A stretch of DNA of 64,000 bases. It comes from Syntrophomonadaceae bacterium. Lineage in GTDB: Bacteria; Bacillota; Dethiobacteria; DTU022. The notes under the pieces are model-generated. The model ran no database searches, was not told where the DNA came from, and worked only from the letters and a program-made list of their open reading frames with translations. The stretch covers positions 22,226 through 86,225 of the forward strand of contig SKOR01000038.1 of the NCBI GenBank assembly GCA_007119965.1, read 5' to 3'. Both the position numbers and the translations under genes were made by a program. Each line of letters starts with the position of its first letter. Within the stretch, counting starts at the first letter, position 1. Shown in pieces: positions 20,422-29,680 of this stretch.

Positions 20422-22244
20422 GTTGACCTACCTTCTTCGCTGACAGGTCCGGGCAGGGTAAAGAAAACTTTTGTCCCTGACCCTGGCTTACTCTCTATCC
20501 ATATTATACCACCATGGGCCTCGACCACTTTACGGGCTATCGAGAGGCCAAGCCCGGTTCCGCCAAAATCGCGGCTGCGTGTTTTTTCTACCCTGTAAAA
20601 CCGTTCAAAAACCCTTGGCAGTTCACTTTCAGGAATTCCGCTACCTGTGTCTTCGATTAAAACCTTCGCCTGCTTGTCCTCCACTTCAGCCCTGATAATG
20701 ATTTCACCGTCTGGAGGAGTATACTTAACCGCATTGTTTAAAAGGTTCGAAAAAACACGCATTATTTTATCCCGATCAGCGTAAACTGTTGTGCAGGCGG
20801 GGTCAATTATTACCCTGATTCCTGGAAACTGCACTTTTAGTTTTTGCCTGAGCTGCCCGACAGCCTCACTGACAAGCTCCTGCAGATCCACTTCACTCCT
20901 CTGCCAGTATGCCTGGCTCGAATCCATCTGGGATAATACGAGCAGGTCTTTAACCATTGTAACCATTCGATCTGTTTCCACGGTCAGGACATTAAGAAAA
21001 CGGCTGCGGGTTTCCGGCTCCTCGGCAGCACCGTCCAGCAGTGTTTCTATATAGCTTTTAACTGTGGCCAGGGGCGTCCTGAGTTCGTGGGAAACATCTG
21101 CCACAAACTCTTCCTGGCGCCTGGTCAGCTCTCTCTCCCGGGTTATATCATGCAGGACAATTAATGTTCCGTCAAGTTTACCCCTGTCAACTTTGAACGG
21201 GGCAATTTTCACCTCAATCGTTACCTCTGGGGATAGGCTTGAGATTTCAGCGGTCAGCGGTTTTTGGCGCCGGATAAACCGGCGCATTTCATCTGCGCCA
21301 ATCAGGTTTCGCAGCAGGCTAAAACCGGAACGGTTCAAATCGGGCACTTTTAAACGAAGTTTATTAATCAGGCGCTTTGCCGACGGGTTAACCTGGATAA
21401 GGCTTCCTTTGCCATCCAGAGCAACTATCCCGTCGCTCATATTGTTAATGATCGCCTCGACCTTGCTTTTTTCGGAAGACATCTCATTGATCGTATAGCT
21501 CAACTGATCGGCCAGATAGTTAAATGTTTCGCCCAGCCGCCCTATTTCATCAGCAGTCTGGACTTTGATTTTGCGTGAAAAGTCTCCGCGGGCCATATAA
21601 TATGCCTGGTCAGTCACATCACTGATCGGTGTTGTTATTGTTTTGGTCAGAACAATCCCCAGCAAGAAACTAACGGCAAGGGCGATCCCCACCCCGGAGA
21701 GCAAGATTGTTTTTACTTCATTCAGCGTGTCATCAACAGACTGGAGGGAGCCGCTCAAGTAAATGACCCCGATCGTGCTCTGCTCATTTACGATAGGGAA
21801 GGCAAGGTAATAGCGCCTCTCCTGGCTGACAGTATCGAAACGAACCTCATCGCTTAAATTGCCGGCTAAGGCCCGGGTTATCTCATCGCGAATCAGGCGC
21901 CGTCCAATCAGCGCCTGGCTGCCTGATGCACCGATCACATTGGCATAATTGTCCAGTATGATAATTTCCATTTCATGCAGATCCCTGAAGTCGCGGGCCA
22001 GACTTACTGTATCTTCCACCCAGAGCTGCCCCTCGCCGATTCCCGGCTGCATAAAAACAGAAAGAAGCCTGGCCTGGTTCTCCAGACTGTCTTTATAGTT
22101 ACGAAGATAGTATTGCTCCAGTGATTGAACAAGGTATACGCTGATTAACTGCAGTGAAAAGAGGATTAGCATGATATAGATAAATATAATTTTCCACTGG
22201 AGGCTGTTAAATAGTTTACCTCCGCCTAAAGAAATAGCCGACAC
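20418..22244 (-). CDS. walK: sensor histidine kinase WalK (start uncertain)
   Basis: Two TM helices, HAMP, PAS, DVSHELRTPL, NLLNNAVKYT, GGTGLGL; operon context. Confidence 0.9.
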   Translation of the reverse strand: MSAISLGGGKLFNSLQWKIIFIYIMLILFSLQLISVYLVQSLEQYYLRNYKDSLENQARLLSVFMQPGIGEGQLWVEDTVSLARDFRDLHEMEIIILDNYANVIGASGSQALIGRRLIRDEITRALAGNLSDEVRFDTVSQERRYYLAFPIVNEQSTIGVIYLSGSLQSVDDTLNEVKTILLSGVGIALAVSFLLGIVLTKTITTPISDVTDQAYYMARGDFSRKIKVQTADEIGRLGETFNYLADQLSYTINEMSSEKSKVEAIINNMSDGIVALDGKGSLIQVNPSAKRLINKLRLKVPDLNRSGFSLLRNLIGADEMRRFIRRQKPLTAEISSLSPEVTIEVKIAPFKVDRGKLDGTLIVLHDITRERELTRRQEEFVADVSHELRTPLATVKSYIETLLDGAAEEPETRSRFLNVLTVETDRMVTMVKDLLVLSQMDSSQAYWQRSEVDLQELVSEAVGQLRQKLKVQFPGIRVIIDPACTTVYADRDKIMRVFSNLLNNAVKYTPPDGEIIIRAEVEDKQAKVLIEDTGSGIPESELPRVFERFYRVEKTRSRDFGGTGLGLSIARKVVEAHGGIIWIESKPGSGTKVFFTLPGPVSEEGRST

Positions 22245-22908
22245 CCCTTTTTGTATGTATGTAATCAGGTTTGGCCGGATTCTGCTCCAGCTTTTCCCGC
22301 AGGCGGCGGACTGTGACATCCACCGTCCGATCATCACCTATGTAATCATAACCCCACACCTGGTTTAACAGCTGCTCACGGCTGTAGACATAACCTGGTT
22401 TCATCATCATGTAGACCAGCAGGTTAAACTCGCGCAGTGTCAACTCTACAGGGCTCCCTTCATTATAAACCTGTACCTCATCGCGGTCTACAGTAATAGT
22501 CCCAACAGTTAAACTGCCTTTATGGTCCGATCCTTTCTCTTTAACTGCAGAGCGGCGCAGGATCGCCTTGACCCTGGCTGTAACTTCCCTGGCACTGAAA
22601 GGTTTGGTCACGTAATCATCAGCGCCCAGTTCCAGGCCGAGGATCTTATCCACTTCCATCTCCCTGGCTGTTAACATAATTATAGGGGTGTCGCGATGCT
22701 TGCGGATTTCACGGCAAACGGTAAAGCCGTCCTTGCCGGGGAGCATAATATCTAAAACTATAACATCAGGATTTTCTGTCTCGGCCATTTGAAGCGCGGC
22801 TTCGCCGTCAAAAGCAGTAATCACCCGGTAACCCTCTTTTTCCAGGTTATATTTGAGAATTTCCACAATTGGCTTTTCGTCATCTACTACTAAAATCTTG
22901 TCTGTCAC
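22216..22908 (-). CDS. walR: response regulator WalR
   Basis: KILVVDDEKPI, LDIMLP, RTVDVTVRRLREKLE; likely GTG start at 22908. Confidence 0.93.
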   Translation of the reverse strand: MTDKILVVDDEKPIVEILKYNLEKEGYRVITAFDGEAALQMAETENPDVIVLDIMLPGKDGFTVCREIRKHRDTPIIMLTAREMEVDKILGLELGADDYVTKPFSAREVTARVKAILRRSAVKEKGSDHKGSLTVGTITVDRDEVQVYNEGSPVELTLREFNLLVYMMMKPGYVYSREQLLNQVWGYDYIGDDRTVDVTVRRLREKLEQNPAKPDYIHTKRGVGYFFRRR

Positions 22909-23039
22909 TTTTAGGACACTCCATCCGGTTGATAAACAAAACTTTCGCTTCAGCAGGCAAAAACCCTGCAAGTTTATTTCCCTGCCAAAAAAAACCCTTC
23001 TCCAGCTGGAGAAGGGCCGGTTACTTCGTGTGTTGGAAC

Positions 23040-24545
23040 TCAAGGGTTAAAAAAGCGCAGCGGGTCTATCGGTTTATGCTGGTAGTAACCGTGCCATTCG
23101 CCGGTCCCGTCATCAAGGCGGATTTCAAAATGAAGATGAGGTCCCGAAGAGCGGCCGGTAGAACCAACCCTGCCGATGACCTCGCCTTTTTCAACCTGGT
23201 CCCCCTCAGAAACAAGGTTAACCTCATTATGCAGGTAAAGGCTCCAGTATGAACCGTGATAGATAATCATATAATTTCCCTGCGACCCTCCCCGGCCGGA
23301 AAACCAGACAATTCCGCTATCGGCAGCCAGAATATTTGTGCCGGCCGGAGCGTTGATATCGATCCCGGTGTGCCAGGCACTAAAGCCCCTGCCGGGCGTT
23401 ATTGCCCCGCCATTCTCCACGGGCCAGATGAACCGACCGGAGCCAATAGAGGGAACCTTGGCAGTACCATGTTTTTCAACCTGCGCCACAGGCTCTTCAA
23501 TCGTCTCTTCATTAATCTTTGTACGGGCTACTTCAACGCCGTTTTCACGGGTAATATGATAAGTTATTTCTTTTTTGCCTTCCTGCCCGGGGGTCTCTAC
23601 CTCATGTTCAACCGTCCACATTTCCTCATCGTAAATGTATTCAGTGGCAAATGGAATATCTTCCACCACAACAACCTCTTCCCTGGTTTTAACATTTACG
23701 CCATTACTTTCAATCGCAAAATCATGGTTATCGCGATACTCATCTTCGGAAATGGAGTGAACCAGTGAAGCAGAGTTGATAAAGGCGTAGTTGTGACGAT
23801 TGTCCAGTGATCCGCGTAAAAGGGGTTCGGTCAGGGCAGCTGCCTGAAAAGTCCCGGCGTTATTAACGTCCACAAGGAGTTTAACAACTTCTTCGGCTGT
23901 ATAGACATTGTCAGGGCAGACGCTGCAGGGCTCGAGGGTCAGGTCTTCAACAATCACAGAATCCAGCAGCCTGGCACTGCTTTGGTTGCTGATGTATGCG
24001 GATTTCAGGGCTGTGACAATTTCATTAAGTTCAGTTTCTGAATTGACCGGCACCAGGGGCGCCCCGTCAATCTTAATCATGTATGCGTCCGTACGCAGGG
24101 TCATCTGCTGGCGAACAGCAGTTTTTACGGTTTCCGTCTCAGAACTGCTCTCAGGCCTGAACTCTTTAACCAGGGCAATTTTTTTACCCGGCTCCATGTG
24201 CATACCATACAGGTCGCCTAAGCGCTCCGTCAGGTCAGCAACAAAAGTTTCAAACTCCCCGGCGTTTTTTACGACCCCTACTTCCCGGTCGTCCATCAAA
24301 ACGACATAGACAAAACTATTCATGTAATTATAAAATGCCAGGGCGGAGACCAGGAATAAAGACGCCGCCAGGAGATAATGGGGGCACCTTAATTTATTAG
24401 CTTTTAGCCACAATTTTATCTTTCTGAGGACACTAACAGTCATGGACCGTTTCTTCTTTACCTTGGGCTTCTTACCTGCAGGCACAAATTGGACAGCCTT
24501 TGGTTCCATTGGAATGATCCTTTCTGCATTGCAAGATGTCAGCAA
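23040..24545 (-). CDS. membrane-anchored M23 peptidase with G5 domain
   Basis: N-terminal TM, G5 (EDIPFATE..GQEG..ENGVEV), M23 motifs HTGID and HLHFE. Confidence 0.88.
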   Translation of the reverse strand: MLTSCNAERIIPMEPKAVQFVPAGKKPKVKKKRSMTVSVLRKIKLWLKANKLRCPHYLLAASLFLVSALAFYNYMNSFVYVVLMDDREVGVVKNAGEFETFVADLTERLGDLYGMHMEPGKKIALVKEFRPESSSETETVKTAVRQQMTLRTDAYMIKIDGAPLVPVNSETELNEIVTALKSAYISNQSSARLLDSVIVEDLTLEPCSVCPDNVYTAEEVVKLLVDVNNAGTFQAAALTEPLLRGSLDNRHNYAFINSASLVHSISEDEYRDNHDFAIESNGVNVKTREEVVVVEDIPFATEYIYDEEMWTVEHEVETPGQEGKKEITYHITRENGVEVARTKINEETIEEPVAQVEKHGTAKVPSIGSGRFIWPVENGGAITPGRGFSAWHTGIDINAPAGTNILAADSGIVWFSGRGGSQGNYMIIYHGSYWSLYLHNEVNLVSEGDQVEKGEVIGRVGSTGRSSGPHLHFEIRLDDGTGEWHGYYQHKPIDPLRFFNP

Positions 24546-24595
24546 ACTCCCAACTCAAGATCACCGCCCATAATTTTTAAGCTTACATCAGGCGG

Positions 24596-24642
24596 TCCGC
24601 GTTAGCCTCTCTAACATCTTCCGCGTTAACTCTCTCTAACAT
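24596..24642. repeat. imperfect tandem repeat of a 22-23 bp hairpin unit
   Basis: TCCGCGTTAGCCTCTCTAACAT (24596-24617) and TCCGCGTTAACTCTCTCTAACAT (24620-24642). Confidence 0.85.
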
Positions 24643-24746
24643 TTTGGTGATCTAAATTAACTGACTGTAAGTAGTTTTAACAATGCCGCTAAGTAGTGGT
24701 GAACAAAAAAACGGTATCGCTTGTTGGGCAACCCGTTAATGAAAAA

Positions 24747-24775
24747 ATTATATCATGTTTAATATTATAAATCAA
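24747..24775 (-). promoter_or_regulatory. sigma-A promoter of M23-walRK operon
   Basis: TTGATT-17 bp-TATAAT with extended -10 TG. Confidence 0.7.
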
Positions 24776-24995
24776 ACTTAGCAATTCAACAGTATCGCAT
24801 CAGGACTCTGCAAGCTTAAATCCGGACCTTGGCGGATCCTCCGGATCAATACAAAACTATTATAAGTTCAGCCAAAACTTAAAAAAGCACGGCAGCTAAT
24901 GCGCAGGCCCCATTTAAGAAGGGCATCTTGTTAAATAATCCATGCCGCCATCTTGATGATCAAAGGCAGCAAAATCATTCTTTTTGCGGCCAGGC

Positions 24996-26378
24996 TTAGA
25001 GACGCTTTAAAATTTCGCGGGCGGCCAGGAGACCGGTTGAAGATGCCTGGATTAACCCCCTGGTTACTCCTGCCCCGTCCCCGACCGCAAATAAGTTTTC
25101 AATGTCAGTTTCCAACTTCTTGCTGAGGCATAGCCGATATGAATAGAACTTAACCTCGATGCCATAAAGCAGGGTGTGACGTGAATTAATACCCGGGGCC
25201 AGTTTATCAAGGGCTTCCAGCATTTCAATAATTCCCAGGAGATACCTGTAGGGTAAAACAAGGCTTAAGTCACCGGGAGTTGCTTCCGACAGGGTAGGTT
25301 TAACCAGGCCGCGGCGAATCCGTTCGGGGGTTGAACGCCGGCCCATCAGCAGATCACCCAACCGCTGAACGATTACTCCGTCGCCAAGCATGTTAGCCAG
25401 GCTGGCTATATAACGCCCGTATCGAATCGGTTCGGTAAAGGGTTCGGTAAATGTTTTGCTGACTAAAAGCGCAAAATTTGTGTTATTCGTCCTGGTTTCA
25501 GCAAAACTATGCCCATTTACGGTTACCAGGCCTTCATTGCCTTCAGTTACCACGACACCATAAGGATTCATACAAAAAGTACGAATCCGATCATCAAAGT
25601 GCCTGGTAAAATAGATCAGCTTAGATTCATAAATCTGGCTGGTCATTTTTTCCATGATCACCGCAGGCACTTCCACCCGAACACCTATGTCGACCGGATT
25701 GTTGACACCCTTCAGGCCAAGCCTTTTAGATTCAGTATGAATCCATTCAGCGCCGGCCCGTCCCGGGCCGCAAATTACGTAATCAGCTTTTATGGCTTCC
25801 CCTGACTTTAGCTTAACGCCTATGACCTTTCCATTCCTATTGATAAGCTGATCTACTGTTGTATTCATAAGCATATCGACCCGATCCAGCAGGGCCAGGT
25901 GCATTTTTTTAAGAACGCCGTAGCAGTTTTCAGTGCCGAGGTGCCTGATTTTTGCCGGGATCAGGCTCAGTCCGGCTGCCGCTGCACTTCGCTCTATATC
26001 CCTGACCGCCTCCTGGTCCGTTCCGTAAACAACTTCAGAGGCTCCATATGACAGGTAAACCTGATCTACCTCACCAATCAACTTATTAACAGCTTCGGGA
26101 TCGATGTATTCATCCAAAAAGCCGCCAAAGGCAGAAGTGAGGGTCAGTTTTCCATCACTAAATGCTCCGGCCCCTCCCCACCCACAGGTGATGGCACAGG
26201 GATTGCAGCGCAGGCAGCGCCCGTATTCTCCCTGCGTTTTACAACGCCGCTTTTCCAGGGGCTGCCCTTTGTCAATAATCAGAACAGTGGCTTTGCTTTT
26301 TGCTGTCAACTCCAATGCGGCAAATATTCCGGCCGGGCCGGCTCCGATAATAATTACATCGTAACTTTTAGCGGCCAT
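24996..26378 (-). CDS. NAD(P)/FAD-dependent oxidoreductase (uncharacterised family)
   Basis: GAGPAG, Cys cluster C..CxxCxxC, GWGGAGAFSDGK, IGVRVE, GDGAGVTRG. Confidence 0.85.
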   Translation of the reverse strand: MAAKSYDVIIIGAGPAGIFAALELTAKSKATVLIIDKGQPLEKRRCKTQGEYGRCLRCNPCAITCGWGGAGAFSDGKLTLTSAFGGFLDEYIDPEAVNKLIGEVDQVYLSYGASEVVYGTDQEAVRDIERSAAAAGLSLIPAKIRHLGTENCYGVLKKMHLALLDRVDMLMNTTVDQLINRNGKVIGVKLKSGEAIKADYVICGPGRAGAEWIHTESKRLGLKGVNNPVDIGVRVEVPAVIMEKMTSQIYESKLIYFTRHFDDRIRTFCMNPYGVVVTEGNEGLVTVNGHSFAETRTNNTNFALLVSKTFTEPFTEPIRYGRYIASLANMLGDGVIVQRLGDLLMGRRSTPERIRRGLVKPTLSEATPGDLSLVLPYRYLLGIIEMLEALDKLAPGINSRHTLLYGIEVKFYSYRLCLSKKLETDIENLFAVGDGAGVTRGLIQASSTGLLAAREILKRL

Positions 26379-26384
26379 ATATTT

Positions 26385-27731
26385 CTAACCTTCTTCCTTA
26401 ATTGCATCACGGGCAATATTGGCAAACTTTGTAAAACGATCAAGAAAATAAAGTTCTACCAGGCCCGTTGGCCCATTTCTCTGTTTGGCAATACTGATTT
26501 CTGCAATATTGCCTTGCTCTGTATCCCGGTTATAGTACGACTCGCGATAAATAAACATAACCACGTCGGCGTTGGCTTCAATACCCCCGGACTCCATCAG
26601 GTCGCTGAGTATGGGACGCCGGTCGGGCCTTTTTTCTACAGCCCTGCTCAGCTGGGACAGGGCAACTACGGGAACCTGCAATTCCTTGGCAAGAGCTTTC
26701 AGGGCTCTTGATATTTCGGACAGCTCCTGCTGCCTGCTTTCAGAACGGGCAAACCCGCGCATTAACTGCAGGTAATCAACAAATATTGCCTTCAAACCTT
26801 TCTCGGCTTTGAGGCGGCGGGCTTTGGCCCGAACCTCCATGACAGATAAGCTGCCGGAATCATCAATGTAAAGAGGGGAATCGCTGAGCGGCCCGACAGC
26901 CCTTGTCAGTTTCTGCCATTCATCCTGGCTGAGGAATCCCCTCCGCATGTTCTGGGCATCAACCTGGGATTCTGCACAAAGCAGGCGCTGCGCCAGCTGT
27001 TCCTTGGACATCTCCATGCTGAAAAACGCGGTCGGCAGTTTTTCTTTTACCGCCATTTGCTGCATCATATTTAAGGCCAGGGTAGTTTTACCCATGCTGG
27101 GCCTGGCCGCAATGATAATCAGATCTGAGCTCTGAAAACCGGATGTTATCCTGTCGAGATCAGTAAAACCGGTAGAAAGGCCGGTCACCCCTTTTTTATC
27201 GTCATAGAGCTTCTCGATGCTGTCAAAAGCCTGGACCAGGACATCTTTAATTGAAGCGAACCCCTGCTGTTTGCCCCGGCGGCTTATTTCGAAAATCAAC
27301 TGCTCAGCCTCATCAAGGAATTCATCCACATTGGAAGGGGCTTCAAAGCTACGCGATACTATTCCTGTGGCCGTTTGAATCAGGGCCCGCAGGATTGCTT
27401 TTTCCCTGACAATGCGCGAATGGTACTGCACATTAGCTGCAGTCGGAACCGCGTTGGCCAGGGTAACCAGGTAAGACCTGCCCCCCACATCTTCGAGGCA
27501 TTGATTACGCTGCAGCTCTTCAGATAAAGTCACCAGGTCAACCGGTTCGCCTTTTTCACTTAGGGAAATTATACCGGCAAAGATCTTCTGATGGGCAGTA
27601 CTGTAAAAATCTTCATCCGTTAATAGCTCCGCCGCTGCATAAATAGCCTCACGGTCAATAATCATCGACCCTAAAACCGACAGTTCGGCCTCTTTGCTCT
27701 GGGGTGGGACTCTGTCACTGAGCACTACCAA
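26385..27731 (-). CDS. dnaB: replicative DNA helicase
   Basis: PPQS.EAE.SVLG, ARPSMGKT, DYLQLM, SQLSR, KQRNGP; no intein. Confidence 0.98.
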   Translation of the reverse strand: MVVLSDRVPPQSKEAELSVLGSMIIDREAIYAAAELLTDEDFYSTAHQKIFAGIISLSEKGEPVDLVTLSEELQRNQCLEDVGGRSYLVTLANAVPTAANVQYHSRIVREKAILRALIQTATGIVSRSFEAPSNVDEFLDEAEQLIFEISRRGKQQGFASIKDVLVQAFDSIEKLYDDKKGVTGLSTGFTDLDRITSGFQSSDLIIIAARPSMGKTTLALNMMQQMAVKEKLPTAFFSMEMSKEQLAQRLLCAESQVDAQNMRRGFLSQDEWQKLTRAVGPLSDSPLYIDDSGSLSVMEVRAKARRLKAEKGLKAIFVDYLQLMRGFARSESRQQELSEISRALKALAKELQVPVVALSQLSRAVEKRPDRRPILSDLMESGGIEANADVVMFIYRESYYNRDTEQGNIAEISIAKQRNGPTGLVELYFLDRFTKFANIARDAIKEEG

Positions 27732-27757
27732 CTGCAGCAGCCTCCTTCCAATAAACC

Positions 27758-28204
27758 TTAATCTTCTTTGTCAACCCGGATTAGTATTTCAGCTTTTATT
27801 CCAGGGTGCAGGCGGATTTCTGCAGTGTAACTGCCGACACTTTTAATCTGTTCGGAGAGCTCAATTTTCTTTTTATCAACTTCAAACCCTTCTTTGACCA
27901 GTTGTTCAGCAACATCAGCAGGTGTAACTGAGCCAAAAAGACGCCCGCCTTCCCCCGCCGGCATTTTAAACGCAACCTCTTTATGAGACAACTTCCCCGC
28001 TTTTTCACGGGCCTGTTCTTCCAATTCTTTATTGATTGCTTCTTCTTTCTCCTGCCGCTGTTCCCAGTCGCGAAGTTTTTGCGGGGTCGCTTCAACTGCC
28101 AACCCGCGGGGTAACAGGTGGTTGCGGGCATAGCCCCTGGCCACCTCTTTCAATTCACCTTTTTTACCCAGGTTGGGCACATCCTGTTCAAGAATAACCT
28201 GCAT
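27758..28204 (-). CDS. rplI: 50S ribosomal protein L9
   Basis: MQVIL.QDVPNLGKKG, GYARN, GRLFGSVT. Confidence 0.97.
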   Translation of the reverse strand: MQVILEQDVPNLGKKGELKEVARGYARNHLLPRGLAVEATPQKLRDWEQRQEKEEAINKELEEQAREKAGKLSHKEVAFKMPAGEGGRLFGSVTPADVAEQLVKEGFEVDKKKIELSEQIKSVGSYTAEIRLHPGIKAEILIRVDKED

Positions 28205-28267
28205 TAAATGTCAGCTCCCTTCCTTTAGCCTGTCTGTTAATTCGCTTTTCAGATGCCGCTATCCTGC

Positions 28268-28305
28268 AAAAAAAACGGTGTCTGGAATTATATTCCGACA
28301 CCGTT
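28268..28305 (-). terminator. intrinsic terminator after rpsR
   Basis: AACGGTGTCGGAAT-ATA-ATTCCAGACACCGTT followed by a T-run. Confidence 0.8.
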
Positions 28306-28329
28306 ATACGAGTAACCTTCTAAGCCCTG

Positions 28330-28560
28330 CTACTCCATGCTAAAAGGCAGTAAAGCCATTATCCTGGCCTTCTTTATCGCCCGGGTCAACTGCCTCTGGT
28401 GCTTGGCGCAATTACCGGAAATACGGCGCGGGAGGACTTTACCTCTCTCAGTCACAAACCGCTTTAATTTTTCATACTGTTTATAATCAACGTTGTCAAT
28501 TTTCTCGACACAGTAACTGCATATCTTCTTTTTTGGTTTTCTTCCTCTGTCTCGCCTCAT
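28330..28560 (-). CDS. rpsR: 30S ribosomal protein S18
   Basis: Cxx[25 protein letters not shown]. Confidence 0.97.
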   Translation of the reverse strand: MRRDRGRKPKKKICSYCVEKIDNVDYKQYEKLKRFVTERGKVLPRRISGNCAKHQRQLTRAIKKARIMALLPFSME

Positions 28561-28577
28561 AAGCCATCCTCCTTCCG

Positions 28578-28991
28578 TTAAAAGGGAACGTCATCTCCAC
28601 TGATCTCCAAGTCATCGCCGCCCGTGCTGCTGAAATCATCTGGCTTCGATTTCACGGCATCGGGGGCCCGATCAAGAAATTGCACATTGTCGGCCACAAT
28701 ATCAGCTGCTTTACGCCTGACTCCCTGGCTGTCATCATAGGAACGAATCTGCAGCCGTCCGGTCACAGCAGCCAATCTGCCTTTTTTTAGATAGTTAGCG
28801 CATGTTTCAGCCAACTTTCGCCAGGTTACAATGTTAATAAAATCAGTTTCTCTTTCCCCCTGCTGATTGGTAAAAGGACGGTCGACTGCCAGGGTAAAAG
28901 TAGCGATTGGCACACCGCCGCCGGCTGTATAGCGGAGCTCCGGATCATTGGTTAGACGACCGATCAAAACCACCTGATTTAACATGAGCAC
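28578..28991 (-). CDS. ssb: single-stranded DNA-binding protein
   Basis: [18 protein letters not shown]-terminal DDVPF. Confidence 0.97.
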   Translation of the reverse strand: MLMLNQVVLIGRLTNDPELRYTAGGGVPIATFTLAVDRPFTNQQGERETDFINIVTWRKLAETCANYLKKGRLAAVTGRLQIRSYDDSQGVRRKAADIVADNVQFLDRAPDAVKSKPDDFSSTGGDDLEISGDDVPF

Positions 28992-29034
28992 ACCGTCCTT
29001 CTTAGTTTGATATTGAACGCCTGTAAATCAACCA

Positions 29035-29574
29035 TTATTCGCCGGCAGGCTTCTCTTCTTCTGCCTGCTCAGGAGCACTTTCCGGTTCTTTTGACTTCTC
29101 CTCCTGATCCTGGCCTTCAACAGGTTCTCCTGTTTCTGGAGTTGCTGCAGGCTCTGCTGTTTCAACCGTCTCAACTGATGCAGCATCCCCGGCTGCTTCC
29201 TCCTTAGGAGCTGCTTCTTCAGCTGCAGCCTTTTCAGCAGCGGCAGCTTCACCGGCCGCTTTCTTGGCAGCCGCCTCGAACTCCTGTTCATCCGTGCGCA
29301 CGACCATATAGCGGACGACAGTATCGGTAACCCTAAAGTAGTGTTCAATTTCCGGGATGATAGTACCTTTGCCGCTGAAGTAAACCAGGTAGTAGTGGCC
29401 TTCCAGATACTTCTTGTCAATCTCATAAGCTAACCGCCGCTTACGCCAGTCAAGTATCGTGCTGACCGTTCCTTCATTCTTGGTGATGGTAGCAGATAAG
29501 CCGTTTATTACTTCTTCGTGCCCGTCCTTTTCCAATTCCGGACTGATAATTACCATAGCTTCATATAATTCCAT
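29035..29574 (-). CDS. rpsF: 30S ribosomal protein S6 with long acidic tail
   Basis: YEAMVII.P, W.KRRLAYEI, GHYYLV; rpsF-ssb-rpsR order. Confidence 0.95.
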   Translation of the reverse strand: MELYEAMVIISPELEKDGHEEVINGLSATITKNEGTVSTILDWRKRRLAYEIDKKYLEGHYYLVYFSGKGTIIPEIEHYFRVTDTVVRYMVVRTDEQEFEAAAKKAAGEAAAAEKAAAEEAAPKEEAAGDAASVETVETAEPAATPETGEPVEGQDQEEKSKEPESAPEQAEEEKPAGE

Positions 29575-29635
29575 TTTTTCACCTCCCTCTGGACTAATGG
29601 CCCCTTACCACAAGTAAGGAGCAGGGGTTAACCTG
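29575..29635 (-). promoter_or_regulatory. S6:S18 ribosomal protein leader RNA
   Basis: CCCCTGCTCCTTAC-TTGTG-GTAAGGGGCC..GTCCAGAGGGAGG: hairpin plus CC-containing internal loop that pairs over the SD, as in the known rpsF leader. Confidence 0.7.
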
Positions 29636-29680
29636 AAACATGATAGCATATATACAGCGGCAGGGCAAGCTAGCGGCAGT

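Noticed and set aside
24583-24642. Possible 19-codon leader peptide MLERVNAEDVREANADRLM (minus strand)
   Set aside because: No SD, and the two repeat units are read in different frames, so the repeat is not selected as protein.
24596-24642. Repeat as a WalR box or mini-CRISPR
   Set aside because: Spacing does not fit TGTWAH-N5-TGTWAH; only two units, no spacer, no cas genes.
29028-29426. 132-aa alternative-frame ORF in rpsF
   Set aside because: By-product of the stop-poor low-complexity S6 tail.
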